Positions 25,401-40,400 of a DNA stretch of 64,000 nt are shown one piece after another. Below the pieces are notes generated by a model. It worked only from the letters and a program-made list of their open reading frames with translations, was not told the origin of the DNA and made no database searches. Within the stretch, counting starts at the first letter, position 1. Each line of letters begins with the position of its first letter. The translations under genes and the position numbers were made by a program. The DNA is from Centroscyllium fabricii (taxonomy: Eukaryota): NCBI GenBank assembly GCA_051313645.2, contig JBNRSN020000020.1, positions 116,870,001 to 116,934,000 of the forward strand. The letters are read 5' to 3'.

Positions 25401-28400
25401 CCACCGATCTAACCTGTTGTTAAATGCCACCATGGCATCTACTTCAATCACTAACTGCCGTAGTGAATTCCACAGCCTCACAGCCCGATGTATAAAACAG
25501 TTTCTCCTGCCCTCTGTATCTAACCCGTGCTGTATCTGGGCTGGGAGTGTTTGATGGGACATAGAAACATAGAAGATAGGAGCAGGAGTAGGCCATTCGG
25601 CCCCTTGAGCCTGCTCCGCCATTCGATGAGATCATGGCTGATCATCCAAACTCAGTACCCCGTACCTGCCTTCTCCTCATATCCCTTGATACCTTTAGCT
25701 CAAAGAAATATATCTAACTCCTTCTTGAATATATTTAATGACTTGGCTGCAACTACATTCTGTGGTAGATAATTCCACAGGTTCACCACTCTCTGGGTGA
25801 AGAAATTCTTCCTTATCTCTGTCCTAAATGGCTTACCCCTTATCCTTAGACAATGAACCCTGGCTCTGGACTCTCCGACCATCGGGAACATTCTTCCTGC
25901 ATCTAGTTTGTCTATTCCTGTCAGAATTTTATAAGTTTCGATGAGATCCCCTCTCATTCAATTCAATTCAATTCAATTCAATTCAATTCAATTCCAGCGA
26001 GTATAAACCCAATCGACCCAATCTCTCCTCATATGTCATTCCTGCCATCCCAGGTATCAGCCTGGTGAATCTTCACTGAACTCCTTCCATGGCAAGACCA
26101 TCCTTCCTCAGATAAGGTGACCAAAACTGCACACAGTACTCAAGGTGTGGTCTCACCAAAGCCCTGTACAACTGCAGCAGGACATCCTTGTTCCTGTACT
26201 CAAACCCTTTCGCTATGAAGGCCACCATACCATTTGCTTGCTTCATCGCCTGCTGCACCTGCATGCTCACCTTCAGCGACTGGTGCACAAGAACACCCGG
26301 GTCTCGTTGCACTTCCCCTTCTCCCAATCTATTGCCATTCAGATAATAGTCTGCTTTTCTGTTTTTGACACCAAAGTGGAGAACCTCGCATTTATCCACG
26401 TTATATTGCATCTGCCTCGCTTCTGCCCAATCACCCAACCTGTCCAAATCATCCTGGAGTTTCTCGGTATCCTCCTCACAGCACAGACGCCCACCCAGCT
26501 TTGTGTCTTCTGCAAACTTGGAGATATTACATCTAGTTCCCTTATCTAGATCATTAATGTATATTGTGAATAACTGGGGTCCAAGGACCGATCCCTGCGG
26601 TACCCCACTAGTCACTGCCTGCCACTCGGAAAAAGACCCGTTAATTCCTACTCTCTGCTTTCTGTCCGCCAACCAGTTCTCTATCCAAGTCAATACCTTG
26701 CCCCCAATCCCATGTGCCTTAACTTTACATGCTAATCTCGTATGCTGGACCTTATCGAAAGCCTTTTGAAAGTCCAAATACACCACTGGTTCTCCCTTAT
26801 CTATTTTCCCAGTTACAGCCTCATAAAATTCCAGTAGATTAGTCAAGCACGATTTACCTTTAGTAAATCCATGTTGACTTTGTCTGATCCTGTCACTGTT
26901 TTCCAAGTGCTCAGCTATTACATCCTTTATAATGGACTCTAGCATTTTTCCCACTACCGATGTCAGGCTTACCAGTCTGTAATTCCCCGTTTTCTCTCTA
27001 CCACCTTTTTTGAATAGTGGGGTAACATTAGCTACCCTCCAATCCATGAGTACAGTTCCAGATTCCAGCAAATGTTGGAAGATGGCCAGCAATGCATCTA
27101 CTATTTCTAGGGCCACTTCCTTAAGCACCCTAGGATGAAGATTATCAGGCCTTGGCGATTTATCGGCCTTCAATCCCATCAATTTCCCTAACACCATTTC
27201 CCTACAAATACTGATTTCTCTCAGTTCCTCCCTTTCATCAGACCCTATGTTCTCCAACATCTCTGGGAGGTTATTTGTGTCCTCCTTTGTGAAGACAGAA
27301 CCAAAATATGCATTTAATTAGTCTGCCATTTCTTTGTTCCCCATTATAACTTCCCCTGCTTCTGACTGCGAGGGACCTGCACTTGATTTCTCTAATCTTT
27401 TTCTCTTCACATATCTATAAAAGCTCTTACAGTCAGTTTTTATGTTCCCTGCAAGCTTAATTTCATATTCTATTTTCCCCTTCTTAATTAATACCTTTGT
27501 CCTCCTTTGTTGAATCCTAAACTGCTCCCGATCCTCAGGGTTAACACTTTTTCTGGCCAATTTATATGCCCTCTCCTTGGATCTTCTGCTATCCCTAATT
27601 TCCCTTGTTAGCCACAGTTGAGTCACCCTTTTTCTTTTATTCTTATGCCAAACTGGGATGAACAAATTCTGTAGTTCATCCATGCGGGCTTTGAATGTTT
27701 GCCATTTCCTATCCACGGTCAACCCTTTGAGTGACATTCCCCAATCAATCCTACCCAATTCGCGCCTCATATCATCGTAGTTTCCGTTATTTAAATTCAG
27801 GACCCTAGTCCCTGAGTCAACTACTTCACTCTCCATCCTAATGAAGAATTCTATCATATTATGATCGCTCTGACTCAAGGGGCCTCGTACAACAACATTG
27901 CTAATTAATCCGTTCTCATTACATAATGCCCAGTCTGTGATTGCCTGATCTCTGGTTGGTTCCTCAACATATTGTTTCAGAAAACCATCCCGTAAACATT
28001 CTAGGAATTCCTCCTCAACAGTATTTTTACTAATTTGGTTAGCCCAATCTATATGTAAATTAATGTCGCCCAATGATGACTGCTGTGCCCTTACTGCATT
28101 CTTCTCTAATTTCCCTTTTAATGCCATTCCCAACCTCCGTATTACTGTTTGGAGGTCTATATACTACTCCCACTTACGTTTCCTGCCCCTTGATATTTCT
28201 CAGTTCTACCCATACAGATTCTGCATTGTCAGAGTTAATATCCTTCCTTTCCATTGTGTTAATCCCCTCTTTAACCAGCAATGCTACCCCACCTCCCTTT
28301 CTTTTTTGCCTATCCTTCCTAAATATTGAATACCCCTGGATGTTGAGCTCCCAGCCTTGGCCACCCTGGAGCCATGTTTCTGTAATCCCAATCAAATCAT

Positions 28401-31400
28401 ATTCGTTTACCTCTATTTCTGCAACTAATTCATCCACCTTGTTCCGAATGCTCCTTGCATTAAGACACAAAGCCTTCAGGCTTTTTTTTTTAACATTCTC
28501 ATACCTATATGAATTATTACTTACTGTGACCATGTTTATACCTTTGAGTTCTTTGCCTTCTAATTTTGTTTTTCTCCTTCCTGTCTTTTGCTTTTATCCT
28601 TGTTTCCCTTTCCTGTATCTCCCTGCTCAGGATCCCATCCCCTTGCCACTTTAGTTTAAGCCCTCCACAACAGCACTGGCAAAAACTCCCCCTCGAACAT
28701 CGGTCCCGGTTCTGCCCACGTGCAAACTGTCCCATTTGTACTGGTCCCACCTCCCCCAGAACCGGCTCCAATGTCCAAGGAATTTGAATCCCTCCCCCTT
28801 GCACCATTCCTCTAGCCACATATTCATTTGAAACATCCTCCTATTTTTACTCTGACTAGCTGGAGTCTCACTTGTGGCTGCAGAAACGCCTATCTATTCC
28901 CCTTACAATTGAGTCCCCTATCACTATAGCTCTTCCATTCTTTTTCCTCCCAGCCTGTGCAGCAGAGCCACTCATGGTGCCAGGAAGTTGGCTGCTGCTG
29001 CCCTCCCCTGATAGGTCACCTCCCCCCCCAACAGTATCCAAAATGGTATATCTGTTTGAGAGGGGGATGGTCACAGGGGGCTCCTGCACTACCTGCCTGC
29101 ACCTCTTACTCTGCCTGTTGGTCACCCATTCCCTTCCTGCCTGAACATCCTTTACCTGCGGTGTGACCAACTCACTAAATGTGCTATCCACAATGTCCTC
29201 AGCATCGTGAATGCTCCAGAATGTATCCATCCGCAGCTCCATTGCCGCAATGCGGTCTGTCAGTTGCTGCAGCTGGAGACACTTCCTGTACACATAGAGG
29301 GAGCTGTACCTAACCCGTACTGTACCTGCCCTGGGAGTGTTTGATGGGGACAGTGTAGAGGAAGCTTTACTCTGTATCTAACCTGTGCTGTACCTGCCCT
29401 GGGAGTGTTTGACGGGACAGTGTAGAAGGAACTTTACTCTGTATCTAACCCGTGCTGTACCTGCCCCGGGAGTGTTTGATGGGGACAGTGTAGAGTGAGT
29501 TTTCCTCTGTATCTAACCCGTGCTGCACCAGCTGATAATGAGCATCTCTCAATTTTATGAGCACATATATTCACCAATACATACTAAATAATTGAATAGC
29601 TTCAAATTGTGGAGTGTTAGTTTTTGCTGCAGATTGTAATCGATGGTATCCTGGAAAGTATAGGGGCTTTGTGCTGGTCTCTTACTTGTTAAGAATTCTT
29701 TGCGAACTTTAAACATGTCAACGATGGGCGACATGATTCCTTCCATGGTTCCCATCATGCTTCCCAATCCCAGGTTAATGAGCATCAGGAAGAACAGCAC
29801 TGACCAGAAGGGGGAGGCCGGGAAATGTGTAATTGCCTCCGTGAAGGCAATAAACGCAAGGCCTGTTCCCTGCACCGACTGCAAGAGATCAGAAAAATTG
29901 GGTCACGTCAGCAATGGATAATCATTACCGGACACACTGCGGCCAGTTATCAGTCGACACATTAATATCAGAGCAGCAGCAATAAAATATTAAAAATCTT
30001 GGCCTAGCGTTTCCGCTTTGGACACCATCGGCGATCCGGGCGTAAACTGCGCTCAGATTTGCGCTAGTTTTGCAAAGTGATTTTTTTGCTCAAGTTTCCG
30101 CTAAAGCTCATTTGCTGTGTGACAGTGCATGGACAGAGAGGCTCACAAACTGTTACAACAGAAGTAGAGACTTCACAATATGAGACACGAGACAGCGCCC
30201 CTGTGAAAATCTCTTGCCTCCCTCGTTCTCCCTCCTTGCTGCTGTCTTTGGGGTGTGTAAGGTCATAGGGTGTGTGACATTTGGGCCAGAACTTCCGTTC
30301 CCCACAGGTGAGTGCGCTCTGGGTACTCACACGTAGGCCCAACGAATGTGCCAGTTTCGTGCATGCACAGCGCATGTGCGGGAAACCGGAACTTCTGTTC
30401 CCTTGATGGAAGGGGTTCACAGGTCCAACGCGTGTGCCGGAGAGGCAGCACGCACACCTGGAACTCCCGTTGTTTTGCGGGTTTCTCCAAGAGGGTAAGT
30501 CTCCAGGAGCTACGCTTGTAAAAAGCAGTCGCAAGGCTGGCTTTTAACGAGGTAAATGGTAAATTAAGTCAAATTTAAAAAAAATTTCCACAGGTTTATT
30601 GTTTTTAAATAATTTAAAGAAAGGTAATATTTATTTTTAGCCCCATTAGAAACTGTAATTAATTTTTTCAAAAACTTAAATTATTGTTTTAAATAGTTAT
30701 TTTATGTAATTTATAGTTATTTTAAAAATGTGATTTTTAAAAAATGTATTTGAAGTTTTAGTTATGTTTTGGGGCTGAATTATATTCACAGATTTGACAC
30801 GTCTGCCATATCACACCCCCAGGATCCCCCAAACGCTCCTGGGATACACAAGCACTTCGCGCCGGCAGTTGCAGGAGGCCCAGGATCAGAATTCCACGCG
30901 GGCCCACAGCTCAACGTCCAGCGCGCAAGGTAAGTGCAGGTCAGAGGCTCGCACCCGCGGGAAGCCTCCAACCTGAATTTCTGGGCCATAGGAACTTGGG
31001 AGGGGAGGTGGTCAGGAACTTGGGGGTAGAGGTCAGGAACTAGGGGGGAGTAGGTCAGGAGCTCGGGAGGGGGGAGAAGGTCAGGAGCTTGTGGGGGAGA
31101 AGGTCAGGAACTTGGAGAGGGGGGAGAGAAGGTCAGGAACTTTGGGGAGGTAGAGAAGTTCTGGAATTCGGGAGGGAGAAGGTCAGGAACTCGGGGGGAG
31201 AGAAGATCAGGAACTCAGCGGGGTGGAGACGTTCTGGAACTCGGGAGGGGAGAAGGTCAGGATCTTGGGCAGGGGGCAGAGAAGGTCAGGAACTCGGGGG
31301 GGGTGGAGAAGTTCTGGACCTCGGTGGGGGGGTGGGAGAAGATCAGGAACTCAGGGGGAGAAGGTCAGGAACTTGGGGGGGGGGGAGAGAATGTCAGGAA

Positions 31401-34400
31401 CTTGGGGGGGGGAGAAGTTCAGGAACTCGGGGGAGAGGGAAGGTCAGGAACTGGGGGGTCAAGGTCAGGAACTTGTGGGGAGGTCAGGAACTCGGAGGGG
31501 GGAGAGAAGGTCAGGAACTGGGGGGGAAAAGGTCAGGAACTTGGGTGGGGGAGAAGGCATGGAACTCGGGGGGAGAGAAGGTCAGGAACTGGGGGAGGGG
31601 AGAATTTCAGAAACCTGTTGGGGTGGTGGAGAAGGTCCTAACCTGGGAGAGTGAGCCCTGTCTGTTCTCTGAAAGCAGTGGTGTTAGCACTGTTGAGCTC
31701 TGGAGTTGGCTGTCACATAGATTGGATCAAATTACATATTGCAAAGATCTTGATTACTCAATCAGGCAGGATCAAATTACACATTCCAGGCAAACCGCTG
31801 GGTGTGTCTTGTCCTCCAAGGGGACCAAACAGAAATTCGGTCTTGTCATCCAAGGAAGCAATCAGAACTTTGGCGCTCCAAATATATATTTAAAATTATA
31901 AACATATGAAAGATAAACGTTGCCCTCACAGCCCATTAGAATCAGTGATATTAGTGGAAACAACAGAACATTGTACAATCACAATTAACCCTGCACATCA
32001 CATCAAACAAATTAAAATCACAAAATTAAAATAAGAAACCACCATCCATAAAGATTAATTCTTCATTATCTTCACCTCACTATTCATCTTCCTTCACCTC
32101 GTTTCAACATTCCGGTAAATAGACGCCAATGCTCTCACCTTATTCAACTCATCCTCCAGCTGACATGTGTCCAGTCCGAGTGCATTGAAATTATCTTCTT
32201 TCACTGTCTTTATGACACTGTACATCTCCGCATAATCCGAGGCTGTGAGATGCGAGAAGTTGATATGTGGTGGAATCAGATCGTGGCTCAGGACATTGGA
32301 ATTCAGGTATCCAATAATCTTTTCCGAATTCCTGCCAACAGGAAAGTGGGAAAAAAAAGATCCAGCCATAGTGGATCAAACACGGAGCAGTGACTACACC
32401 AGGCATGGCAGAGTACAGTCAGAATCCCAGTCTCAAAGGGCAGGAAGATATCCAACCACAGGAACTCAGTCACAACAGAATCAACTTCATAATACACCAC
32501 GCTCCTAACACACCCCATAACTGCAACAAAGAGGAATCTTCAACAATGGATTTGATTTGTATTTGGGCCATTTGTAACGATAGACGTCACAAGCGTTATA
32601 AGAAATAACAATAGATTTACAGCCCCACCCGCAATCCGGCCCACACAGACAGCAAATTGTCTTATAATTAAAACCATTATTAAACATAAATTTAAAATTA
32701 AAATAAAGTTAGGAAACTGCCCTTCATCTCTGGGATTTGGGCCCAAAACCACATCAGCTGTCTACAAGAGCAACAGGTGTTACAGCAATAGAGAGACCTG
32801 GGGGTGTATGGACACAAATCTTTGAAGGTGGCAGGACAAGCTGGGAATGCTATTAAAAAGGGATTTGGAATCCCTGGCTTTATAAGTAGAGGCAGACAGT
32901 ACAAAAGCAAGGAGCCTGTATAAAACAGTGGTTCGGCCCTAGCTGGGGTATTGTGTCCAATTCTGGGCACCAGACTTTAGGAAGGATGTCAAGGCCTTCG
33001 AGAGGGTGTGGAAGAGATTGACCAGAATGGTACCAGGGATGAGGGACTTCAGTGATGTGGAAAGACTGGAGAAGCTGGTGTTGTTCTCCTTAGAGCAGCA
33101 AAGGTTAGGAGGAGATTTGATAGAGGTGTTCAAAATCATGAATGGCTTTAATCGAGTAAATAAGGAGAAACTGTTCCCAATGGCTGAAGGGTCGATAACC
33201 AGAGGACACAGATTGAAGGTGATCGGCAAAAGAAGCAGAGGTGGTACGAGGAAACATTTCTTTACGCTGCAAGTTGCTGTGATCTGGAACGCGCTGCCTC
33301 AAAGGGCAGTGGGAGCAGATTCAATGGTAACTTTCAGAAAGGAATTGGATAAATATTTGAAGAGGAAAGATTTGCAGGACTATGGGGAAAGAGCGAGGGA
33401 GTGGGATTGATTGTGCTCACAGCACAAAGATGCCCCCAAGTCCATAGCAGTGGGCTGGTGTGAGAACTGTAAAATTGGGGGAGATGTGCAGTGAATGGGG
33501 GAAGAGGGGAGGACACCAGTAAATGGAGGTGAGAAGAGTGGTGGGAATGTGGAACTCGCTACCACAGGGAGTGGTTGAGGTGAAGAGCAGAGATGTATTT
33601 ACGGGGAAGCTGGATAAACACATGAGGGAGAAAGGAATATTTGGATATGGTGATAGGGTAAGATGAAGAAGGGGGGAGGAAGCTCGGGTGGAGCAGAAAC
33701 ACCGGCACGGACCAGTTGGGCCGAATGGCCTGTTCCTGTGCCATAGACTCAATGTCATGTCATGATGCTGAGGTTTGAACTGAGGCAGAGTTTTCAGAAG
33801 AGCACAGAGAGCTTTACTCTGCATCTCTACTGTTCTGGGAGTGCTTGAGGCTAATAGCACAGACCCAGATTGAGTCCACAGCTCACAAACTCTCGTGAAT
33901 TACTGCAATAAGCACAAAAGATGCTCGAGAAGGGAATGGAAGATAATTTCCTGAACATCAGAATTTTTAGGATGAGAAGATGTCATTCAGCATAAAAAGC
34001 CCATCCCTCATTGACTGATCTCGGTCCAAGCTTCTCACCATGGGGAAGGAACCCCACAACTTCTTGTGTGTAACTCCACTGGTAACACAGTTGGCCAAGG
34101 TTTCTTCTCTTCAGTATATGTAGTGAAATCATCAATAATCTCCAAGATGTTACCAGGGACAAGGGACTTCAGTTATGAGGAGAGGCTAGAAAAGTTAGGA
34201 TTGTTCTCCTTGGAACAGAGAAGGTTAGATGGTAACCGAATCGAGGTTTTCAAGATGTTGAGAGGTTTTGATCAAGTCGATCGAGAAAAATTATTCCTAC
34301 TGGTGAGTGGGTCAATAACCAGAGGTCACAGATTCAAAACTATTGGCAAAAGATCTAGAGGGGGGATGAAGGGAATTTTTTTCACTCAGAGTTGTTGGGA

Positions 34401-37400
34401 TCTGGAACGCTCGACCTGAAAAGGTGAAGGAAGCGGATTCCATCAATAATTTTAAAAGGGTGTTGGACTGGAACTTGAGGATGAGGAACTTACAGGGTTG
34501 TGGACAAAGGCAAGGGTGGGGGACTTAGCACAACTGCTCTTTCAAACAGCCAGCATATGCACGACGGGCCAAATGGCCTCCTTCTGTGCTGCAAGTTTCT
34601 ATGATATCTATCATTAAAAAAAGCATTACAGGGCAATCACACACAGCAACAAGGGGAATTCAGGCCCCATAGTGTGCAGTCCTGCGACACACCCACCGGC
34701 TCCTCAATCTAACATGAAACTGAACATTTCCGAGCACAGCAAACTGGGAACGGGAAGCATTTGGCAATTCCCAATTATCACAGCTGTGTTTATGTTGTTC
34801 CATGTAGTTACCCGAGGACTCTTACCCCACTCCCCTCAATCAGATCTCTATCCATAGGCACACCTTGAACCCACTTGTGTCTAGCCTGACTCCTCACGCC
34901 CTCATGTTAACTGGATCTCTCGGGAATAAGAACATAAGAAATAGGAGCAGGAGTTGGCCCATCAAGCTGGTGCCACCATTCAATAAGATCATGGCTGATC
35001 TTCTACCTCATCTCCACTTTCTGCACTATCCCCATATCCCTTGATTTCCTTAATATCCCAAAATCTATCGCTGTCTGTCTTGAATATATTCAACGACTGA
35101 GCCTCCACAGCCCTCTGGGGTAGAGAATTCCAAAGATTCACCACCCTCTGAGTGAAGAAATTTCTCCTCATCAAAGTCCAAAATGGCCGACCCCTTATCC
35201 TGAGACTGTGAACCCTGGCTCTAGACTCCCCAGCCAGGGGAAACATCCTCCCTGCCTCTACCCTGTCAGAATGTTGTATGCTTCATTGAAATCACCTCTC
35301 ATTCTTCTAAACTCCAGAGAATATAGGCCTAGTCTACTCAATCTCTCCTCACAGGACAATCCCCCCATCCTAGGAATCAGTCTGGTGAACATTTGTTGCC
35401 CTCCCTCTGTGGCAAGTATATCCTTCCTTAGGTAAGGAGAACAAAACTGTACACAATACTCCAGGTGTGGTCTCACCAGGGCCCTATATAGAAACATAGA
35501 AACATAGAAGATAGGAGCAGGAGTCGGCCATTCGGCCCTTTGAGCCTGCTCCGCCATTCAATGAGATCATGGCTGATCATCCAAACCCAGTATCCTGGCC
35601 CTGCCCTCTCCCCATATCCCTCTCGAGCCTGCACCAACACATATCCCACCCTATCCCCGTAACCCCACATATTCAATCCCCCTAACACTAAGGGTCAATT
35701 TATCATGGCCAATCAACCTAACCCACACATCTTTGGACAGTAAGACATCTTTACTCTTATGAGGTGTTTAGAAAGCTGCTGACCATTATCATTGCGCTGA
35801 CTTCTGATTCTGTGCACAGACTATTTAGTAAAGTTCTCACAAACTTACGTTATGACACACTTTTCATTCATGACATTAGCTTTGAATCCCAGGACTGCAA
35901 AGACCACGAGTGTTGCCAGAACAGAGGTGAAGAAATTAATGAAAGCGACAAGGGCTGCATCAAAGTGACAGTTGTTGTCTTTCTTGTTGTAACTGGAGAA
36001 CGCGATGACTCCCCCGAACCCAAGGCCGAGAGCAAAGAAGACTTGTGTAGCAGCTTCCCTCCATACCTGGGACTCCATCATCTTCTCCAACTGTAAAAAC
36101 AAACCAGCAACACACGTAATGGACAGTTTAATGTAAAAACAAGCGAGACTCACTCCCCATGGCAGTGGGCAAGGCCATGGGCTGAGCGACAGAGACCAAA
36201 GGTCGCAAGTTCAATTGATGGTCAGTGCTAAGTTAACCGATCTCAGCGGACAGCAGCTCGCACTCCACAATTGGCCAAACCAAGAAGGGGAAGAACTTCA
36301 GCCATGGTTCCTGCACCGCATGGCCATCCATTGGCCGCTCTGTGTGCGAGTGTCCTCACTGACCAGCCCCATGGTGAAAGCTGCTAAGAGGCTGGGACAG
36401 AGGTCAGCAAACACCCTGAAACGAACTGGAACAGACTGATCCAGGAGACAACAGATACAGAAAGGAGAAAACATTCCAAAGAAATAAAATGGAACCTGGT
36501 TGGCTAATCGCACACCAGGATCTAATCCGGCAGTTCTTAATCTTTCATTTAGTTCCCAAAGTCTGCATCCTTCCCTCTTTCCCACAACAGAAATGACTAC
36601 AATTCCCTTTNNNNNNNNNNNNNNNNNNNNNNNNNNNNNNNNNNNNNNNNNNNNNNNNNNNNNNNNNNNNNNNNNNNNNNNNNNNNNNNNNNNNNNNNNN
36701 NNNNNNNNNNNNNNNNNNNNNNNNNNNNNNNNNNNNNNNNNNNNNNNNNNNNNNNNNNNNNNNNNNNNNNNNNNNNNNNNNNNNNNNNNNNNNNNNNNNN
36801 NNNNNNNNNNAAGCTCCCTCTACACTGTCGCATCAAAACACTCCCAGGGCAGGTGCAGCATACGAACATAAGAAATAAGAGCAGGAGTAGGCCATACGGC
36901 CCCTCGAGTCTGCTCCACCATTCAATAAGATGATGGCTTACCTTGCCAGATGACTGGATGCCTTTGATTGTACACAATCCTACGATAAACCAGGCAGAGA
37001 ATAGACACAGAGTCATCTTCCAGTTCAGCCCTCCTCCTTCATTGATGTTGTTGGCGATGTTCAGAGTCTCTCTGTACCAGAAGTAGGTTGTAGCTGAACT
37101 CTTTTCACATTCTGGCTCCACAACTGAAGTGAGAAACACACATTGACAGTGGCATTGGCAACTTTATTGAGTGTGAAATTAAGAGTAATTTATTTTCAAG
37201 TGTTAGTGTGGCTCAGTTTGTCCAGACACACCTAGACACCTGAGACACCCTTCGAGGGCAGGGACCCTGTTGGGGGGAGAGAGAACCTGTTATTAGTAAC
37301 ACTTTTCTGACAGGCCTTTGAATTATAATAACCTCACGAGAAGCAAAGTATCTGAAAGGTCAAAAGACATGCACCTTCTCAAACCCTCTGATATTTGACC

Positions 37401-40400
37401 TGTTCATAAACTGGTTTTGTTTTTTCAATTCTCCCAAGAAACTTGAGTTGAGAAAATGGCCATGAGACCAACACGTCCCTGCTTCGAGCCACAGCTTCTC
37501 AGCTTTACCTACTGAGCAGGGAATGAAAGTTGGCTTGAATATACAATCATGGACCGAACTGTTTCTTCAGGACTTTGTCGCCAGGGTCAGTGGCAGCTCG
37601 GCACATGGGGACACACGAGGAACTTAATCTTCAGTGAGTGGAAACTGGGCGTGGCTCCACAGAGAAACACCAGGTCTAACTCCAACCAACTTTACACACT
37701 TCATCTTGTCACGGGGTTCATGGGAAGTCATCAGCAAACCAGAGACCAAACAGTGGAACCACCAGCTGAAGCTCAATTCATGCACAGAATAGGGAGAAAA
37801 CAAGGAATCTCAGCATGGTGGGGTGGTAAATAGCAAGGAGGGAAGTCTCAGGCTACACAATGATAAAAATGGGTTGGCCAGATGGGCGGAGCAGTGGCAA
37901 ATGGAATTTAACCCTGAAAAGTGTGATGCGATGCATTTTGGAAGGACTAACAAGGCAAGGGAATACACAATGAATGGTAAGACCCTAGGAAAGACAGAGG
38001 ATCAGAGGGACCTTGGTGTGCATGTACATAGATCCCTGAAGGCAGCAGGACAGGTGGATAAGGTGGTTAAAGAGGCAGATGGGATACTTGCCTTCATTAG
38101 CCGAGGCATAGAATATAAGAGCAGGGAGGTTATGATGGAGCTGTACAAAACGCTGGTAAGGCCACAGCTGGTGTACTGTGTGCAGTTCTGGTCGCCACAC
38201 TATTGGAAGATGTGATTGCCTTGGAGAGGGTGCAGACGAGATTCACCAGGATGTTACCTGGGCTGGAGCGCTTCAGCTATGAAGAAAGACTGGACAGGCT
38301 GGGGTTGTTTTCCTTGGAGCAGAGAAGGCTGAGGGGTGACCTGATTGAGGTGTACAAAATTACAAGGGGTATAGATAGGGTAGATAGAAAGGAACCTTTC
38401 CCCTTGGTAGAGGGGTCAATAACAAGGGGGCATAGTTTGAAGGTAAGGGGCATGAGGTTTAGAGGGGATTTGAGGAAGAACCTTTTTCACCCAGAGGGTG
38501 GTTGGAATCTGGAACTCACTGCCTGAAAGGGTGGTAGAGGCAGGAACCCTCACAACATTCAAGAAGCATTTAGATGAGCATTTGAAATGCCAGAGCACAC
38601 AAGGCTACGGACCAAATGCAGGAAAATGGGATTAGAATAGAAAGGGTTTGATGGCCGGCATGGACACGATGGGCCGAAGGGCCTCTTTCTGTGCTGTAAA
38701 ACTCTATGGTCGAAAATTGGTCAGCGCACAATCTGTGGCGCTGACCTGGGCGATGCGCTATTTATAGCTCCAGCTCATCGCTGGCGCAAAAAATCCCGGT
38801 ATTGGCCGCATCACCCATTCCGGGTGGGCCGGTGATGAATCGGGCGGGCTGCCTCACTCTTAGTGCGATGCGGCCGAAGACCTGGGCGTGGGCATCGCGC
38901 TGTGCGAGGGAGGCCGCAGCGGCGGCCCGCGGAACGGCAGGCCGGTCTCCCCTATTAAAGGGGAGGGGCCTAGCGCGGCTGCGGCCAGAGCCCCGCGGGG
39001 CCGCCGTGGGACCGGGAGCCGCAGAACGAGCCCGGCACTCAGGGGAAGTGCTGGGCTCAGCTGAGGGGGGCCTGACCCCGCCGGGGGGCAGCGGGGGAGG
39101 CCGGAGGAGGCTGGGGGGGGAAGGTGCTGGCGGTCAGCCAGCAATAAAAATGGCCGACCGCCGCACTTCCCTTTAAGCAGCGCTCGAGCGCTGCTGCTAC
39201 GGCCAGGGAATGATGGTGCGGGCAGCGCCCAGGGGCGAATCGGCGGGTGCTGCCCAGATTTGGCCACACAGCGCCTCCCAGGCGCTGCTCGGGCTGATGA
39301 CCTCATTCCCGACGTCCAGCTGGGCACTAAATTCGTTGGGGCGTGACCAGTTAGCCCCTGGCTTAGCGCCCAGCTGAATTTAGTGCGGGACGCTATTTTT
39401 AGTGCTAATTCGGCACCGGCCCATTAACGGCCATTTTGGGCACTAATGGGCCAGCGCTAGAGCGGCAAATGTTCAGCCAAAGACTCTACGACATTCATAA
39501 GAGAGGAGAGATTGGTAGAGACAGAGCAAGGGGAGCACACAATTACTTTAAAGATTGGGAGCCCCCAAATTAAATATCTTACTTACTGGTAATGTTGCCA
39601 TTGGTGATTAGCGGACATTCGCTCCACGGGAGGGGGGACTGGAAAGATTTGAAAAAGTAAAAAATACTCCAACCGATGATGACATTGTAATAGAGCCCGA
39701 CAAAGAAACAAACCTGGAGAGAGAAAAGAACCGTTAGCCTGAGCACCGGGTATCGCTCCGAACATAGAGTGTTGGAGGATGGGGAGGGCGAGAGAGAGGG
39801 GGGGCTGGGGAGAGAGTGGGCTGGGGAGGGGGCGGGGCTGGGAAAGTGGGAGAGGAGAGGGAAGGGGAGGAGGATGCAGGGCTGGGGGGGAGAGATGTGA
39901 GAGGGAGATGAGGAAGGGGAGAGGGAGAGGGAGAGGGAATAGATGGCTGGACGGAGGAGGGAATGGGCTGGGGAGAATGGGCTGGGGGAGAATGGGCTAG
40001 GGGGATGGGCTGGGGGAGAATGGGCTGGGGGGATGGGCTGGGGGAGAATGGGCTGGGGGGGAAGGGCTGGGGGAGAATGGGCTGGGGAGAATGGGGTGGG
40101 GGAGAATGGGCTGGGGATAGAATGGGCTGGGGAGAATGGGCTGGGAGAGAATGGGCCGGGGGGAGAATGGGCTGGGGGGATGGGCTGGGGGAGAATGGGC
40201 TGGGGGAGAATGGGCTGGGGGAGAATGGGCTGGGGAGAATGGACTGGGGGAGAATGGGCTGGGAGAGAATGGGCCGGGGGGAGAATGAGCCGGGAGGAGA
40301 ATGGGCCGGGGGGAGAATGGGCCGGGGGGAGAATGGGCTGGGGGGATGGGCTGGGGGATAATGGGCTGGGGGAGAATGGGCTGGGGAGAATGGGCTGGGG

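Noticed and set aside
38708-39478. CpG-island promoter of a nested gene
   Set aside because: It interrupts a CR1 tail and has TIR-like ends, so a young transposon explains it better.
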